DNA of 58,034 bases, filler included, from Bipalium vagum (taxonomy: Eukaryota), in assembly GCA_037834085.1 (NCBI GenBank). It is 3 parts of 3 records of this genome, joined end to end, with 100 filler letters (N's around TTAATTAATTAA, not from the genome) between each part and the next. Parts side by side here need not be neighbours in the genome. Positions count along the whole stretch, not along the records: positions 37,507 to 58,034 come from JBBMKC010250906.1; 2 more parts are not named here. One strand, written 5' to 3'. The position numbers and the translations under genes are program-made. Below, in pieces: positions 37,578 to 49,077 of the stretch; within the stretch, counting starts at the first letter, position 1, and every line of letters starts with the position of its first letter. A model generated the notes under the pieces. It saw nothing but the letters and a program-made list of their open reading frames with translations, was not told the DNA's origin and did no database searches.

Positions 37578-38940
37578 TAAATATTAAAAAAAATAATAAA
37601 TAATCCTTTATTTTTAATCAACTACAAATTTAAAAACAAAATTTATGTAAAAAGATTCCGACAACCATTTTCAAATATCAATTTGATTAAAAAACTTTTT
37701 CATATCCAAAAATTATTAAATAAATAAATAATAATTCTCAACTATCAATATCTATATCTATATCAATAATTCTAAATTCATTGATCGTTAATCATTGAAT
37801 AAATATTATTGAATATTAATTAATCATAAATAATATTTCTGTATTGAAGAAATATTTACATAGCTGTGTTTTATTAAAAAGCATTATCATCATAATTAAT
37901 GAAAATCTAAAACAACTTAAAGGTTAAATAGTTAAATTGTCCATTGAATTTATTTTATTTTTTATCCAATATCTATTTAAGAAATTTCATCAAATATTAA
38001 TTTTATAATGAAATATGAACTAATTTTTCGTTGTCAGTGAAAGATTATTTATAGTTAATTATTTGACCTTTCAAAATATGGTCATTTCGTAAAATGAGAA
38101 CACTGTCGACCATTTAGGGACAAAGATAGTAACATTTTCTAACAATGAAAGAAATATAATGGAAATGCCTGGTGAAAATTTTCGATATCATTTATTAGCG
38201 CGCACTGTGAAGGTCAGGTGATATCAGAAAATTTAGTCCACTTAGGTATTAATTGAATTAAATAATTTTCATCAAAAAATATCGAAAAATTAAATAGAAA
38301 ATAGAATGAAAAAATTTGTTATTTGTTTGAAATAATTCAGTACTGGTAGAGAAAATATTGATTTTGATAAAATAAATTGTTTCAATTTTATTAGCATCAA
38401 AAAACTATGTAACAAAATTTTTAGAAAATCTTTTTCGCAGACCTTAAAATAATAAAAAGTACAAATTTTTACGAAATTAAAATTTATAGAAATTTCTATT
38501 TATACTTTCCCTAAATATTCCTATAAATATAGACTAATTTCCTGTAGACAGAAAGGTAACATTTATGTAGAAAACGTGCACCATTGATTAATGAAATTCG
38601 ATTTTTAAATAGTGGATCGATATTTTATCTGAATTAAGAATCGTTACAGATTTAAAATCACAATGATAAAATTTTCAGGATTTTATTTTTACAATGTATT
38701 TCAATTAAAATAAAGGCATTAATAAAAAGAGCCATGTTAAAATGCAATTGGATTTCAAAGAAAATATAAATTGAATAAAAGACTAAATATATTTTCAATA
38801 TTTTCAGTATCACCAGAGTCAATTTGAATATCGTAAAATTAGGAAACATAATGAACAAAATTCAAAATATTATTATAAAAATATAATCATGAAATAATTT
38901 TAATATGGAATTTTTGAGGTAGAATTTTTTTAAAACTTAC

Positions 38941-39009
38941 TTTAATATGAATGAAGTCTTCGATTGACTTTGGTGGTGATTTTGTCAAATATCCTTCCAT
39001 TAAAGCCAT
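38941..39009 (-). CDS. First coding exon of a Gab/DOS/PLEKHS1-type PH-domain protein (partial)
   Basis: attttatttag|ATG..AAA|gtaagt, 69 nt, MALMEGYLTKSPPKSIEDFIHIK; GxLxKSPP is the PH beta-1 signature of Gab and PLEKHS1 proteins. Not in the ORF track. Confidence 0.65.
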
Positions 39010-39599
39010 CTAAATAAAATATAGTTTGTAATTTATTTTCGTATTTCAAAATTATTATTTATTTTATCTCAATATCAGGACTAAAATTATATATAAACAT
39101 TTCCACATATTTAGAAACAGTCAGTGCTCCAAATATATTAATTTACTATTAAAAAAATGTCTATAAAAAAACATAATGAAAACTTACTTTCTATAAAATA
39201 ATTTCAAAAGTGTATAAGTTAAATATTTCTAATTTAAAAGTTATTACTTAATATATAAACAAAACATAATTTTACAGTGTTACCAAATATATTTTGAAAT
39301 TATAAAACAGATCGCTTATCAATTATCCTTTCTATTTTATTATAGTAATTATTGAATTTTTTGATTAAATTAAAGTAACTTCTTATGAATGTGTAAACGC
39401 GAGGTGAGTGTGAAGATTCATTCTAAACCTTAAATAATGTGTTTTCATAGTTATCACTAATATTCTAGTTTTCTACCTTCACTGCCGAAATGTACAGTCG
39501 TAGACAATGAAAAATACACATATTTTCATTTTTTAAAAAATAAACAAAAACTAATCTTTTTCTACCACTAGAAGTATTATACAAAGTTTTAACACAGTC

Positions 39600-40150
39600 A
39601 ATCCTATATTCAATCAAAATAAGGCGATATTGTGTGGTGCTCATTAAGTCAATCCATTCAATTTTTTATTATTAGTCGGTTCACATACCGAACCGCATCA
39701 CTGCTTATTGAAAAGGTACTCTCATCACTGAAGGCAATGCAAGACCAGTCGTCTAATATCTAGTGTAAGTGATTGAATACCCACTCACTTATTCAATTTT
39801 TCAATCCGTGACCGAGTTTCGGTTACCGCGCAGGTGTATACGTATATAGTTCGTGCAGAAATATTAATGATAACTTCCTTTTGTACTTCGACAGCATCTC
39901 TAAACTGGTTAGCTACATAATTTCGTACGATATGACGTTCATCTCACTTACTTGTGATTTTACTGCTTCCGTACTGTGATCTCTCGTTCTTCTCTGGTGC
40001 ATACATTTCTTTCAGTTTTTGACAACATTTAACAACTGTATTTGTGAACATCTTTAAATGAACCACATTTTCCTGGTAACTCCATTGAGCATTAAATTTA
40101 AATGAATATGTTTTTCTACGCATAAAATCTGATAAATTTGCACCTCTTTT
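39600..40150 (-). mobile_element. Decayed Tc1 transposase (5' half)
   Basis: KITSK*DERHIVR..RDAVEVQKE..NISARTI (HTH), then EWVFNHLH*ILDDWSCIAFSDESTFSISSDAVRYV (first catalytic D, FSDES). Confidence 0.88.
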
Positions 40151-40169
40151 TAAGATGAATATATAACCC

Positions 40170-41285
40170 AGTCGATCATACAAGCTCATCGGATGCTGAA
40201 CACCTCAGAGAAGCAAATATTTAATCTAGCCTTGAATTCCTTAAAGTTTCAGTCAAACGTGACGACAGCAGAAATGTACATTGGCTGGTTAAACAAAGCA
40301 CACAATGAGGCCCTACAAAGGTCCTGGTGGTCCAAAATTAGCATGGCTATACATTATTTTGATAAGTACCACAATATCAATATAGCCTTTCAACTGAACA
40401 ACTTCAGCGAAGTCATTACAATCATCAAAGTTAGAAATAAAATCACAATCTTTGACAAATTCGCAACTCACCTTCTATGTCCGTTCTTACATGAGGAAAT
40501 TGGGGAAAAGATGTTTGAGAATTGGGCTAACTTGTGCAGCGTAGGAATACTGGCAAAAACAATTGTCTTAAATGGTCACCTAAACAAAAAACTGATGAAC
40601 GGGCACCTGTGCAGTACAGAAAAATCGTACTTTATTCAGAAGTATCGGGCTAATGATCTACCAACCAATAAAAAATTGAAAAAGGCCGGCAACTGTAGAA
40701 ATTGTTATGGGAAAGAAGAAACTACCTCACACGCCTTATGCAGCTGCATCTACATAATGCCTATGGTACAAAAAAGGCACAATGGTGTACGCGCTATCTT
40801 AGTTGATTTGTTGTCCACACTTAAAAAGGAATGGGAAATGCACTTTGAAAAGAAAGGAATTTTTTCTGGAAAAAACTTAATTCCTGATACACAATTAGTG
40901 AATAAGAGACTTAAAAGATACCTAATTATAGACGTCAAAGTCCCCTTTGAATCAGAGATTTCTATCAAGGGCAATGACAAAGCAAACAAGCAAAAATATC
41001 AGACTTTGTTGGACGAAGCTCAATCCGAGCTCGGAAGAACATTGTACTATGATATCAGAACAATTATAATCGGAACCGGGAGTTAGTGGATCCCATCAAA
41101 CTACCAAACACTCGAAGCATTTGAATTTAAAATAACAGAAATTAATTCAATTTTGGAAAAATTGACAGCCATGGCTATCATTAATTCCCATAATATCTGG
41201 AAAAAATTTATATCCAGAGCAGAAATAAACATTTAAAAACTTCCCCGTATCAATGACAACCATATCTTTGATTTGAAATAAATCA
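40170..41285 (+). mobile_element. 5'-truncated RLE-type non-LTR retrotransposon (NeSL/R2/R4-like)
   Basis: ORF 40193-41086 has a CCHC knuckle CRNCYGKEETTSHALCSC, RHNGV, PD..IIDVKVPFE (PD-(D/E)xK), KQKY and IIIGTGS*W; the frame continues past one TAG to TAA at 41234-36; AATAAA at ~41278; no RT domain. Confidence 0.9.
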
Positions 41286-42014
41286 CTGTTTTTTATAATT
41301 AAACATAAAGTTATAATATAAATTTTGGTTAATTAATGTAACGGATGTGTAAGTACAAAAAATGTTTTAAAGTAATGGTCTAATCATATGGAAAAGTTAT
41401 ACTTATTTAGTTTTAAGAGCAATTTATTCATAATATTTAAGAAATCTTAGCATTGTCTGTCTAGTAACTTTTAGTTTTATAATGGGTCATGTCAATTTCT
41501 TGGTTTGACTATAACTTTTTTAAACATGGTTTTGCCTGAAATATCGAATTTAGCCTTCCATCTTCTTCGGTTGCTGGTCCTTCATTGTTTCTCTGGTTAA
41601 ATATCTTTATTTTTATATCATTCACGCTACTCAATACCGTCTGAGTTCGTATTCATGTACTTATTTACTTATATACTAATAATACTTATTATCTGACTTG
41701 TCCTATCTTGTTCATATAAGTCTTACCATATTGATAATTCTTAAAATCTTGATCATTCCAATAACAATGGGATTATCTGTCGTATTTACGACTTAATTTA
41801 TTATTACCTAAGGAAAATCATTTTTGACAGGCACCGCAAATATTTTAATTTACCATCATATATTTGAAAGTTTCTCTTGGATCCATCATAATGTTACTAT
41901 TATACTAAAACGTAGCAACGTGTGCTCGTCTGCTCGTGATTCCTCACTTTTTATAACTCGTTGTGTTCGTAATTACGCTTAACCTTTTTGAATTTAAACC
42001 ACCCTCCACAATAC

Positions 42015-42774
42015 TGTATCCACACTCTTAAGAACCAATTCGAAATATTTAAAATAAAACTTTATTTGTACTAACACAATAATTACAATTGCTAAGTCGA
42101 TTCAAATCACAAAAAAACGTTATTAAGAGTAAAATAAAATCACATTCAAGGATAGAATCAATAATAATAATAAATTAATAATAAAATTGAGAAATGAAAA
42201 CAAAAATGAATAAATCGGTCTCACCAAGAACGACAAGCGGTCCCAGGTTCACCCTCTAGGCCCTTCTCAGGTCGCCTAGGGGTTCCCAAGCTTGCTGGGT
42301 CCCTTTGTAAAAATCCGGCTGCATCATCAATGATTACTTCGAGGTTTCCTCTTCGTTTACTGGCTTTTCGGCTTTTTGACTTCTTGGTTTCTCTGGCCAT
42401 TAACGGGAATATCCGTCTCCTTTCATAGTTGTAGAAATTGGTCTACGATCACCAATCGCTACGCTCAGAGACGGCTATTTTTCCCTAATAGTCACTCATT
42501 ATCTCCACGCCGTGATAGTCTCCTGTCGAGGCTAATGTATTCCTGACAGGAAATCCATTAGCCTAATTCCAGGAAAAATCCCCACGGCGGGATTTTTCCA
42601 TTAAAAATTAATAAAAAATTTCCCTTTTTTTTAAAATAATTTTTATTATTATTATTAATTAAAAACGTTATTATCGAAAACTTATTATTCTTATCGAAAC
42701 ATTATTATTATTCTAAAATTCAACAATAATAATAAAAAACAACTTCATTTAGTAAATTTGACAAAACAGTGACA
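42015..42774 (-). mobile_element. Probable LTR (solo or 5' LTR) of an LTR retrotransposon
   Basis: TGT..ACA ends, GC-rich interior against AT-rich flanks, TATA-like element and AATAAA (plus-strand tttatt, 42061-66) ~45 nt before the CA end; no clean PBS or second LTR seen. Confidence 0.5.
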
Positions 42775-43724
42775 TATTTTGATAAATTTATTGTAATAGA
42801 AGTATCCATCCGGTTTCCATTTGTTGATTCATACAAAAATTTTACAATTTTCATTTTAGGTTCAATAATAAACATTTTTATTTTAATTTCATAACTTTTT
42901 ATTTTTAACTATTTTTGTAATAAAACGATGTTTTTTCTTTTAAAAATATGTCAAGTTAACTGAGTTTTCAGGTTGTCTTTTTAGATAAAAACAAAATATG
43001 AAATATAAATTTTAAAATTCTAATAAACTTAATTTTTGATTTTATTAAAATATCTACATGCTTTTACACAATTTTAATATATTCTATTATTTTTGTCTTT
43101 TGTAGATTATAATAGATATAACAGATAATATAAATTATTAAGTTTAACTGTTAAACCTATATTTGTCTTCTTTTTTTAGTTTTCTTTATATTCAACTTTT
43201 AATTTATCTGGATTTCAACCGAAAATGTTGCCTTATTATTTTCGTTATCAAATAATACAAAATTAGTTTTAAAATTTGAAAATCCTAAATTTCTTATTGT
43301 TTCAATTTATTTAAATCTAATTTTAAAATAATATTTGAAAATAAATATTTCAGGTTATTTTGTAAAGTTTTTTTTAATTTGCTTTTATATCCGCTATTTT
43401 AATTTCAAAAACTAATAAAGTTTCTTATAAATCTAAAGCATTTTTTGTTTAAAATAAAGGCAATTTTATTTAAATTTGTTAAACACACTTTTTTTTGTCA
43501 AAATCTGATTAATATTTTTGTCTAAATTTAATTTTAAACTTTTTAAATAAAAAAACCGATTTAAAAATTATTTTTAAAGAAATTAAATAAGATATTTATT
43601 TAGTAACAAGGTAGAACTTAACGATATAATCTCTATCATAAATAAATATAATTTCTATTGATGAGACTAGTCATTGACAAGACTGATCATTTGGAATGCC
43701 GAAAGAAATTTTAATAACATTTTA

Positions 43725-43731
<7 letters not shown>

Positions 43732-43768
<37 letters not shown>
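43732..43768. repeat. (TA)n microsatellite
   Basis: About 18 TA units. Confidence 0.95.
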
Positions 43769-43770
<2 letters not shown>

Positions 43771-44652
43771 CTTGTTAATATTCAGGAGTTTATTTTATTT
43801 CCGTAAGATGAATAGTTGGTAGTTTAGTGCTCTGATTTTGAGAACAGATTGATAATTAATAAACGAGTAACAATTATTTGTGACCATTAGAGTTTTATTG
43901 GAAGTGTTTCAATTTTAAGTATCATTATTGTAATTCATAAATGTACTTTATTTTGTTCTTTTTGATTATTACACCTACCATTCGTGGTGTAGAGAATTTT
44001 GATAATTTATAATAAATAATAGTCGATTTTTTGAATTGAAACAATTGTTCATTCACTTTATCTCTGTTCTTTGAACCTTCTGTCATCTTCGATTTAGGCT
44101 TTTTGTTATTGATGACTTCATACCTGTCTACATTTAATATTCTGGTTACATTTTACTGTCTAATCTATCCAGAAGTTAATATTTCTTAACTTGAGTCTAG
44201 CAAACTTAAGTGTAATAATTCTATAAAATTTAAATTTCAATAATACATAATTTAATTCATTTTTAATTTCTATTGTTTTAACAATTATTATATAGATGAA
44301 TAAATATTTACAGTGTCTTTCATAAATATGTATACGCATTTAAAGCAAAATTTATTAACAATATTTATGAAACACCTTTTATAATTTTGGTTGTTAACCA
44401 GTCTTACTCATCAATATAACTAAGACAATTGAATCAATTTCAGAAATTATAAATTTTATTATTGCCATTTTAAAAAATAACCTAACAATTAAATATAATA
44501 AATAAAAAGTTGAAAGTGGAATTTAGTATAATTAAAACGATTTACAGTCAACTTAAAATGATAAGTATTATTAATATAAAATTTCAGGTTAAAATTTCCT
44601 GATATTAAAAACCCAATATTGTAGTTTCAAATGATTATAAGAGAAAATGGAA

Positions 44653-45999
44653 CTAGTATGACACTTTGATAGCTTTGACATTTTTATTATTAATTTTCGG
44701 GTTATAAGGAATTGAAGACATCCACTTTTCATTAATAATAAAATTCGTTTCTTCACTATTGTTTTTTGACAGAATTAAATTATTAAAAAGCTCCAATGGT
44801 AAACTGTTTCGACATTTTAAAATGGACATTTTACTTTTCCCATCAATATTTACGGTATAGATATTATTTCCCCTAAACTCAGTGAGCTCATCACTTAGAT
44901 TGACAACACAGTCGAATTTTTCTTTGTATCCTAATTGAAATCTTCTCATTAGAACTTTCAGTCTGGGCCAATTGACATTGTCAGATTTTACAAAAGCCGT
45001 ATATCTGAATTTTTCATTGTTAATGGGCTCACTAAAACCGATTCCCGGAATCACTGCCTGATAGGTCTTACACAACTGTTTGTCTTCCGTTGTATTACTA
45101 GCATTTTGTTCTTCCTCTTTTCTTTTAGCCTCTTTATAACTTGATATTAACTTTTGATTCAAAAGCTTTTTCTTCAATTTCTTATTCACTGAATTTGTAG
45201 CTGTTATACCACTTTCTCTAATCTTCTCATGTCTGACTTTTTTATAATATATAATAGGATTTTTGTCTATAGACTTATTGACTTTCTCTTTCACAGATAT
45301 TGCTTTCATTTCTTGAATTTCTTTTTCGTTTTCAACAAAATTTTTATTTTTTTTATCATTGACTGCTGATAAAGACGAATCGTATAACCCGGCGTTTTTA
45401 ATATAATCATTTTGTTCATTAAAATTTACAATTTTTTTACTAGATATTTTTAAGAATTTATTTTTATTTGTAGTCCTCGTGTCATGGTTATCTTTATCAG
45501 ACACATCTTTGATTAAATCTTCTTCATTAGATTTATATTCGTTTATGTTATTTTTTATTTCTTTTGAATTATCAATGTGATTTTCAGTACCATTCCCAAT
45601 CATGAATTGTGAAATGAAATAATGGCTTTGAGTGTCATTGTTTGCTTGGAGATTACCTGTTTCGTTAATGAGTTTTTTAGAAAAATCTTTTATAGAATGT
45701 AGCAAATTGATAATCCCTGCTTGAATGTCTTTTGTGTCACCATCCGATTTCGGTGGAACACAGAGCGATGCTTTCACTTGGAAATTTGCATTTTTCTTGG
45801 ACAGCATCAACAACTGTTCCTGAGTAATAGGACCAACTATTGCAGAGCCGCTCTCAACATAAAACTCTTCACCCAGTCTGTGAATTGTAGCATCGTTAAA
45901 TTTACAAGAATAACTTGTATATTCGTTGTGATCATCTTTGGATTCATTCAGACTTTTTAAATAATTAGGCAATTCACTTTTACTTTTGTTATTTCCCAT
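44653..45999 (-). CDS. Intronless 448-aa protein of unknown function, putative N-myristoylated
   Basis: 1347-nt uninterrupted ORF in stop-rich DNA; starts MGNNKSK (MGxxxS); K/N/E-rich middle with more globular-looking ends; no family recognised. Confidence 0.72.
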   Translation of the reverse strand: MGNNKSKSELPNYLKSLNESKDDHNEYTSYSCKFNDATIHRLGEEFYVESGSAIVGPITQEQLLMLSKKNANFQVKASLCVPPKSDGDTKDIQAGIINLLHSIKDFSKKLINETGNLQANNDTQSHYFISQFMIGNGTENHIDNSKEIKNNINEYKSNEEDLIKDVSDKDNHDTRTTNKNKFLKISSKKIVNFNEQNDYIKNAGLYDSSLSAVNDKKNKNFVENEKEIQEMKAISVKEKVNKSIDKNPIIYYKKVRHEKIRESGITATNSVNKKLKKKLLNQKLISSYKEAKRKEEEQNASNTTEDKQLCKTYQAVIPGIGFSEPINNEKFRYTAFVKSDNVNWPRLKVLMRRFQLGYKEKFDCVVNLSDELTEFRGNNIYTVNIDGKSKMSILKCRNSLPLELFNNLILSKNNSEETNFIINEKWMSSIPYNPKINNKNVKAIKVSY

Positions 46000-48450
46000 T
46001 TAATTATTGAAAATATAAAATTGTTTAAATTCAAATATTCATCAATTAATCAATTAATATATATTTTAATTTTAAAATTCCTTATCGCCAAAAAATTTTT
46101 AAAATTCATTATATATTATTTATTATTTTATCCCATTATCTTTTATTTTTTGAAATACTGTTATTATTATATTGTCTATTTGTTTTCTGAATTACACACT
46201 TTTTTAACAATCTAAAAATGATGTTTAATAAATGAATTTCTCCTAACTTCTACACTTATTAGATGCTACCAAAAATTATGAATATAATTTTATTTCAAAA
46301 AACATTTACATGCTAGATATATATAATTAAGATCTTTATACAAGATAATAACACCGAATAAGGTTAAATACCACATAATTATTGTTTCACTCAATAGTTC
46401 ATAATAAATATTCATTATTTTAAATTAAAATTCTCAATTAAGTCTTCACTTAAACCAAAAATTTAAATAATCACATTTTACAATATATATTCTTCAAAAA
46501 TTAATCTTCCAAATCTCTTTGATCTTTGTTGCGAAACATTTTGAAGCTATTTATACTTTCATAAAGAATTCTCTTAGAAATTTTTAGAAATTATTATTTT
46601 CCTTGACTTAAGAATAAAAATATTGCAGTCTTTTCTTATAAATAACATTAGAACATAGATTCCCTTGTAATGTAGAATGAGGTTTTCGAATCCATCGCTC
46701 CACAGAAATTTGAAGTAGAATTTTTTTAAGTTTACTAATTTTTATTTATTTTATTAAAATTTATTTAACATATTGGTTTACTAATCTGAGTTATTATCGA
46801 ATTTATAATAAAATTATTATACTTTCAAACTTATAATAAAGCTATTTTCAATTTCAAAAGTTATAATAAAACAAAAACGTTTGTGGTAAAACTTTTTTAA
46901 ACTTAAAAACCTCTGAAAGTGTTATAGAAACAGCAAATTATATGATTTATACGCTTTTATTTATTCTTTTTTTCATGTTTCTTAAATTAATCAGATCTTT
47001 TGTTGTCCCTATAGTTATTTTTCTTAACATCTTTCATATTAATTATTCATATTGAAAATCTTTTACATTGATCTTTAACATTTCTTACATCAATCACTTA
47101 CATTAGAAAAGGTTTTTATTAATAAATCAATTAATCATTTGAAAATCTTCTGAAATGTGTCCCATCATTTTATATTTTCTTATAATTCTACAACTAAGGA
47201 AAATTTACAGATATAATACAGAGTCCCTAATATTTATCGAGGGCTGTTATTTTATGCTTAATATTAAAAAAATATTTCCGTCTACATTTTTATGTTATAG
47301 TTACTAAGATATATTTTTAAATTAATTTTTTTTAATAAATTAATTTTTGCTTTGATTTTATTTTCAATTTTCTAAATTTTAAAATGAATGTTTCAAAACT
47401 AAAGAATCTTTAAATCTTACAGTATTTTGAAACTGAAAAAAAGAATAAAATAAAATGAATTACCTTGAAATAAAATCAATATTTAATAATAAATATAATT
47501 TTAAAAAACAACTTAAAACAATTTATTTTAGATAAAAAATATATTTGAATTTGATAAAAATTCAGGCGGTATTAATAAAAAAATTAATTTAATAATTATT
47601 TATTTAAGTAATACTTTAAACTTAAAACTTTAAAAACCATTTATGTACAGATTTTCAAATATTATCAACTACTTAAAATTAATTTAAAAAATAAATGAAA
47701 ATTTTAAAATCAATTATATTCAAGTCCAGTAACGAGTTGGTTAATAATTCTTCTCATATTATAGAAAAAGTGAGAATCACTGGAAAATAAAATTATAAAA
47801 AATTAAAATATTATTATTTTTATTAATGTTATTAATTAAAAATTACCAAACCAATTTTAGAACTGAAGTCTTCTCGAAATCTTTGATATTTTACTTGATT
47901 TTCAAAAATTATTTCATGATTTTTATCTGGTTTAATTATTATTAAATTATAATTATTTTTCTTTCCATTTATCCATATAAATGTTTTCTTAAATTTTTAA
48001 AATTATTTTATTATTCTTAATATCAGTAACCTCAGCTTGGAAATCAATATGTATTCATGCAAAACAAGACAATATATCCATTTAAAAAGATAAATACTGA
48101 CAATATTTCGAATATTGTTAAATATTATATCAGAATTGTTTTTGAAGTTTCTTATTCCTTTATTTTCAGATGAGAATATTATTTTTCTGAATTTAAAAAT
48201 AAAAAAACAACTATGATAGTTAGTACAGTTCAATAACTGAAACGACCACTAAGATGAGTTCAGATCGATTTTAATAATTATCTTAAATTAAAGTCAGTAA
48301 CAGTGCGAAAACCTATTAAAAGTTTTGATTTCCAAACTTTAAAGCATAGCAGTGATGCATTATGCATGTGTGACCCATATTTTTATGGTGATAAACAAAT
48401 ATTCTTCCCGTGAAGAATTTTGAAAGGCAGTATTTTGGAATAAGTTAAAA

Positions 48451-48453
<3 letters not shown>

Positions 48454-48496
<43 letters not shown>
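48454..48496. repeat. (AAT)n microsatellite
   Basis: About 14 perfect units. Confidence 0.95.
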
Positions 48497-48497
<1 letters not shown>

Positions 48498-48999
48498 AAA
48501 TTTAAGATAAGAAACATTAAATAAAAGTAACTTTCAACGAGATCTCAGAAAAATGCTAAGCTTTGAAGCAATAAAGGAGTGAGTTCTTTATGTACATATA
48601 TCGACATGAATATATATCGTTGTATATTCAAGCTTGTTGTTTTGTCGAGCATGTTTACTATACATTTTTTTGCATTAACCGATTAAAAGTTGCCATTCCA
48701 GTTAATCAAAATTAATAATTTATTCCTATCGAACTGATTTTAAAAAATTATTTTTATAAAATTAAAATAGTTCGTATCAATCAATACCCGTGATCCATTC
48801 AGATATCAAAATATCCTGAACCCCAAGAAAATAAATAATAGTAACAGTTTTCTATTTTCGAGATTTAATTCAGTTTAATTCAAAAGAAATTCATAAGTAA
48901 TTTATAAAATTAATTAAGAAAAAACAATAAATATGAATTTTTCTATTCTTAAACAACAATAACATTCTAAAATAATAAAAGAACATTTTCTGACTTGAA

Positions 49000-49077
49000 T
49001 CAAGCTTCCTCATCTTCCTTTAGGCCTAATTCCCGGAGAAATGCTTGTTCATCTTGTAAATAGCTGTCATATTCAGC
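49000..49077 (-). CDS. DNAI3: DNAI3 exon 7 (last)
   Basis: ttattcag|AEYDSYLQDEQAFLRELGLKEDEEA*; absent from the ORF track. Confidence 0.85.
   Translation of the reverse strand, partial: AEYDSYLQDEQAFLRELGLKEDEEA

Noticed and set aside
39670-39840. GC-rich multi-hairpin stretch upstream of the RLE retroelement, with a GAAAC..GTC hammerhead-like piece; considered as a ribozyme or ncRNA
   Set aside because: The minus strand translates as Tc1 transposase (DDWSCIAFSDESTF), and there is no properly placed CUGANGA core.
41985-42014. Candidate tRNA primer-binding site next to the putative LTR
   Set aside because: TGG is offset from the LTR end, and I cannot match it convincingly to a tRNA 3' end.
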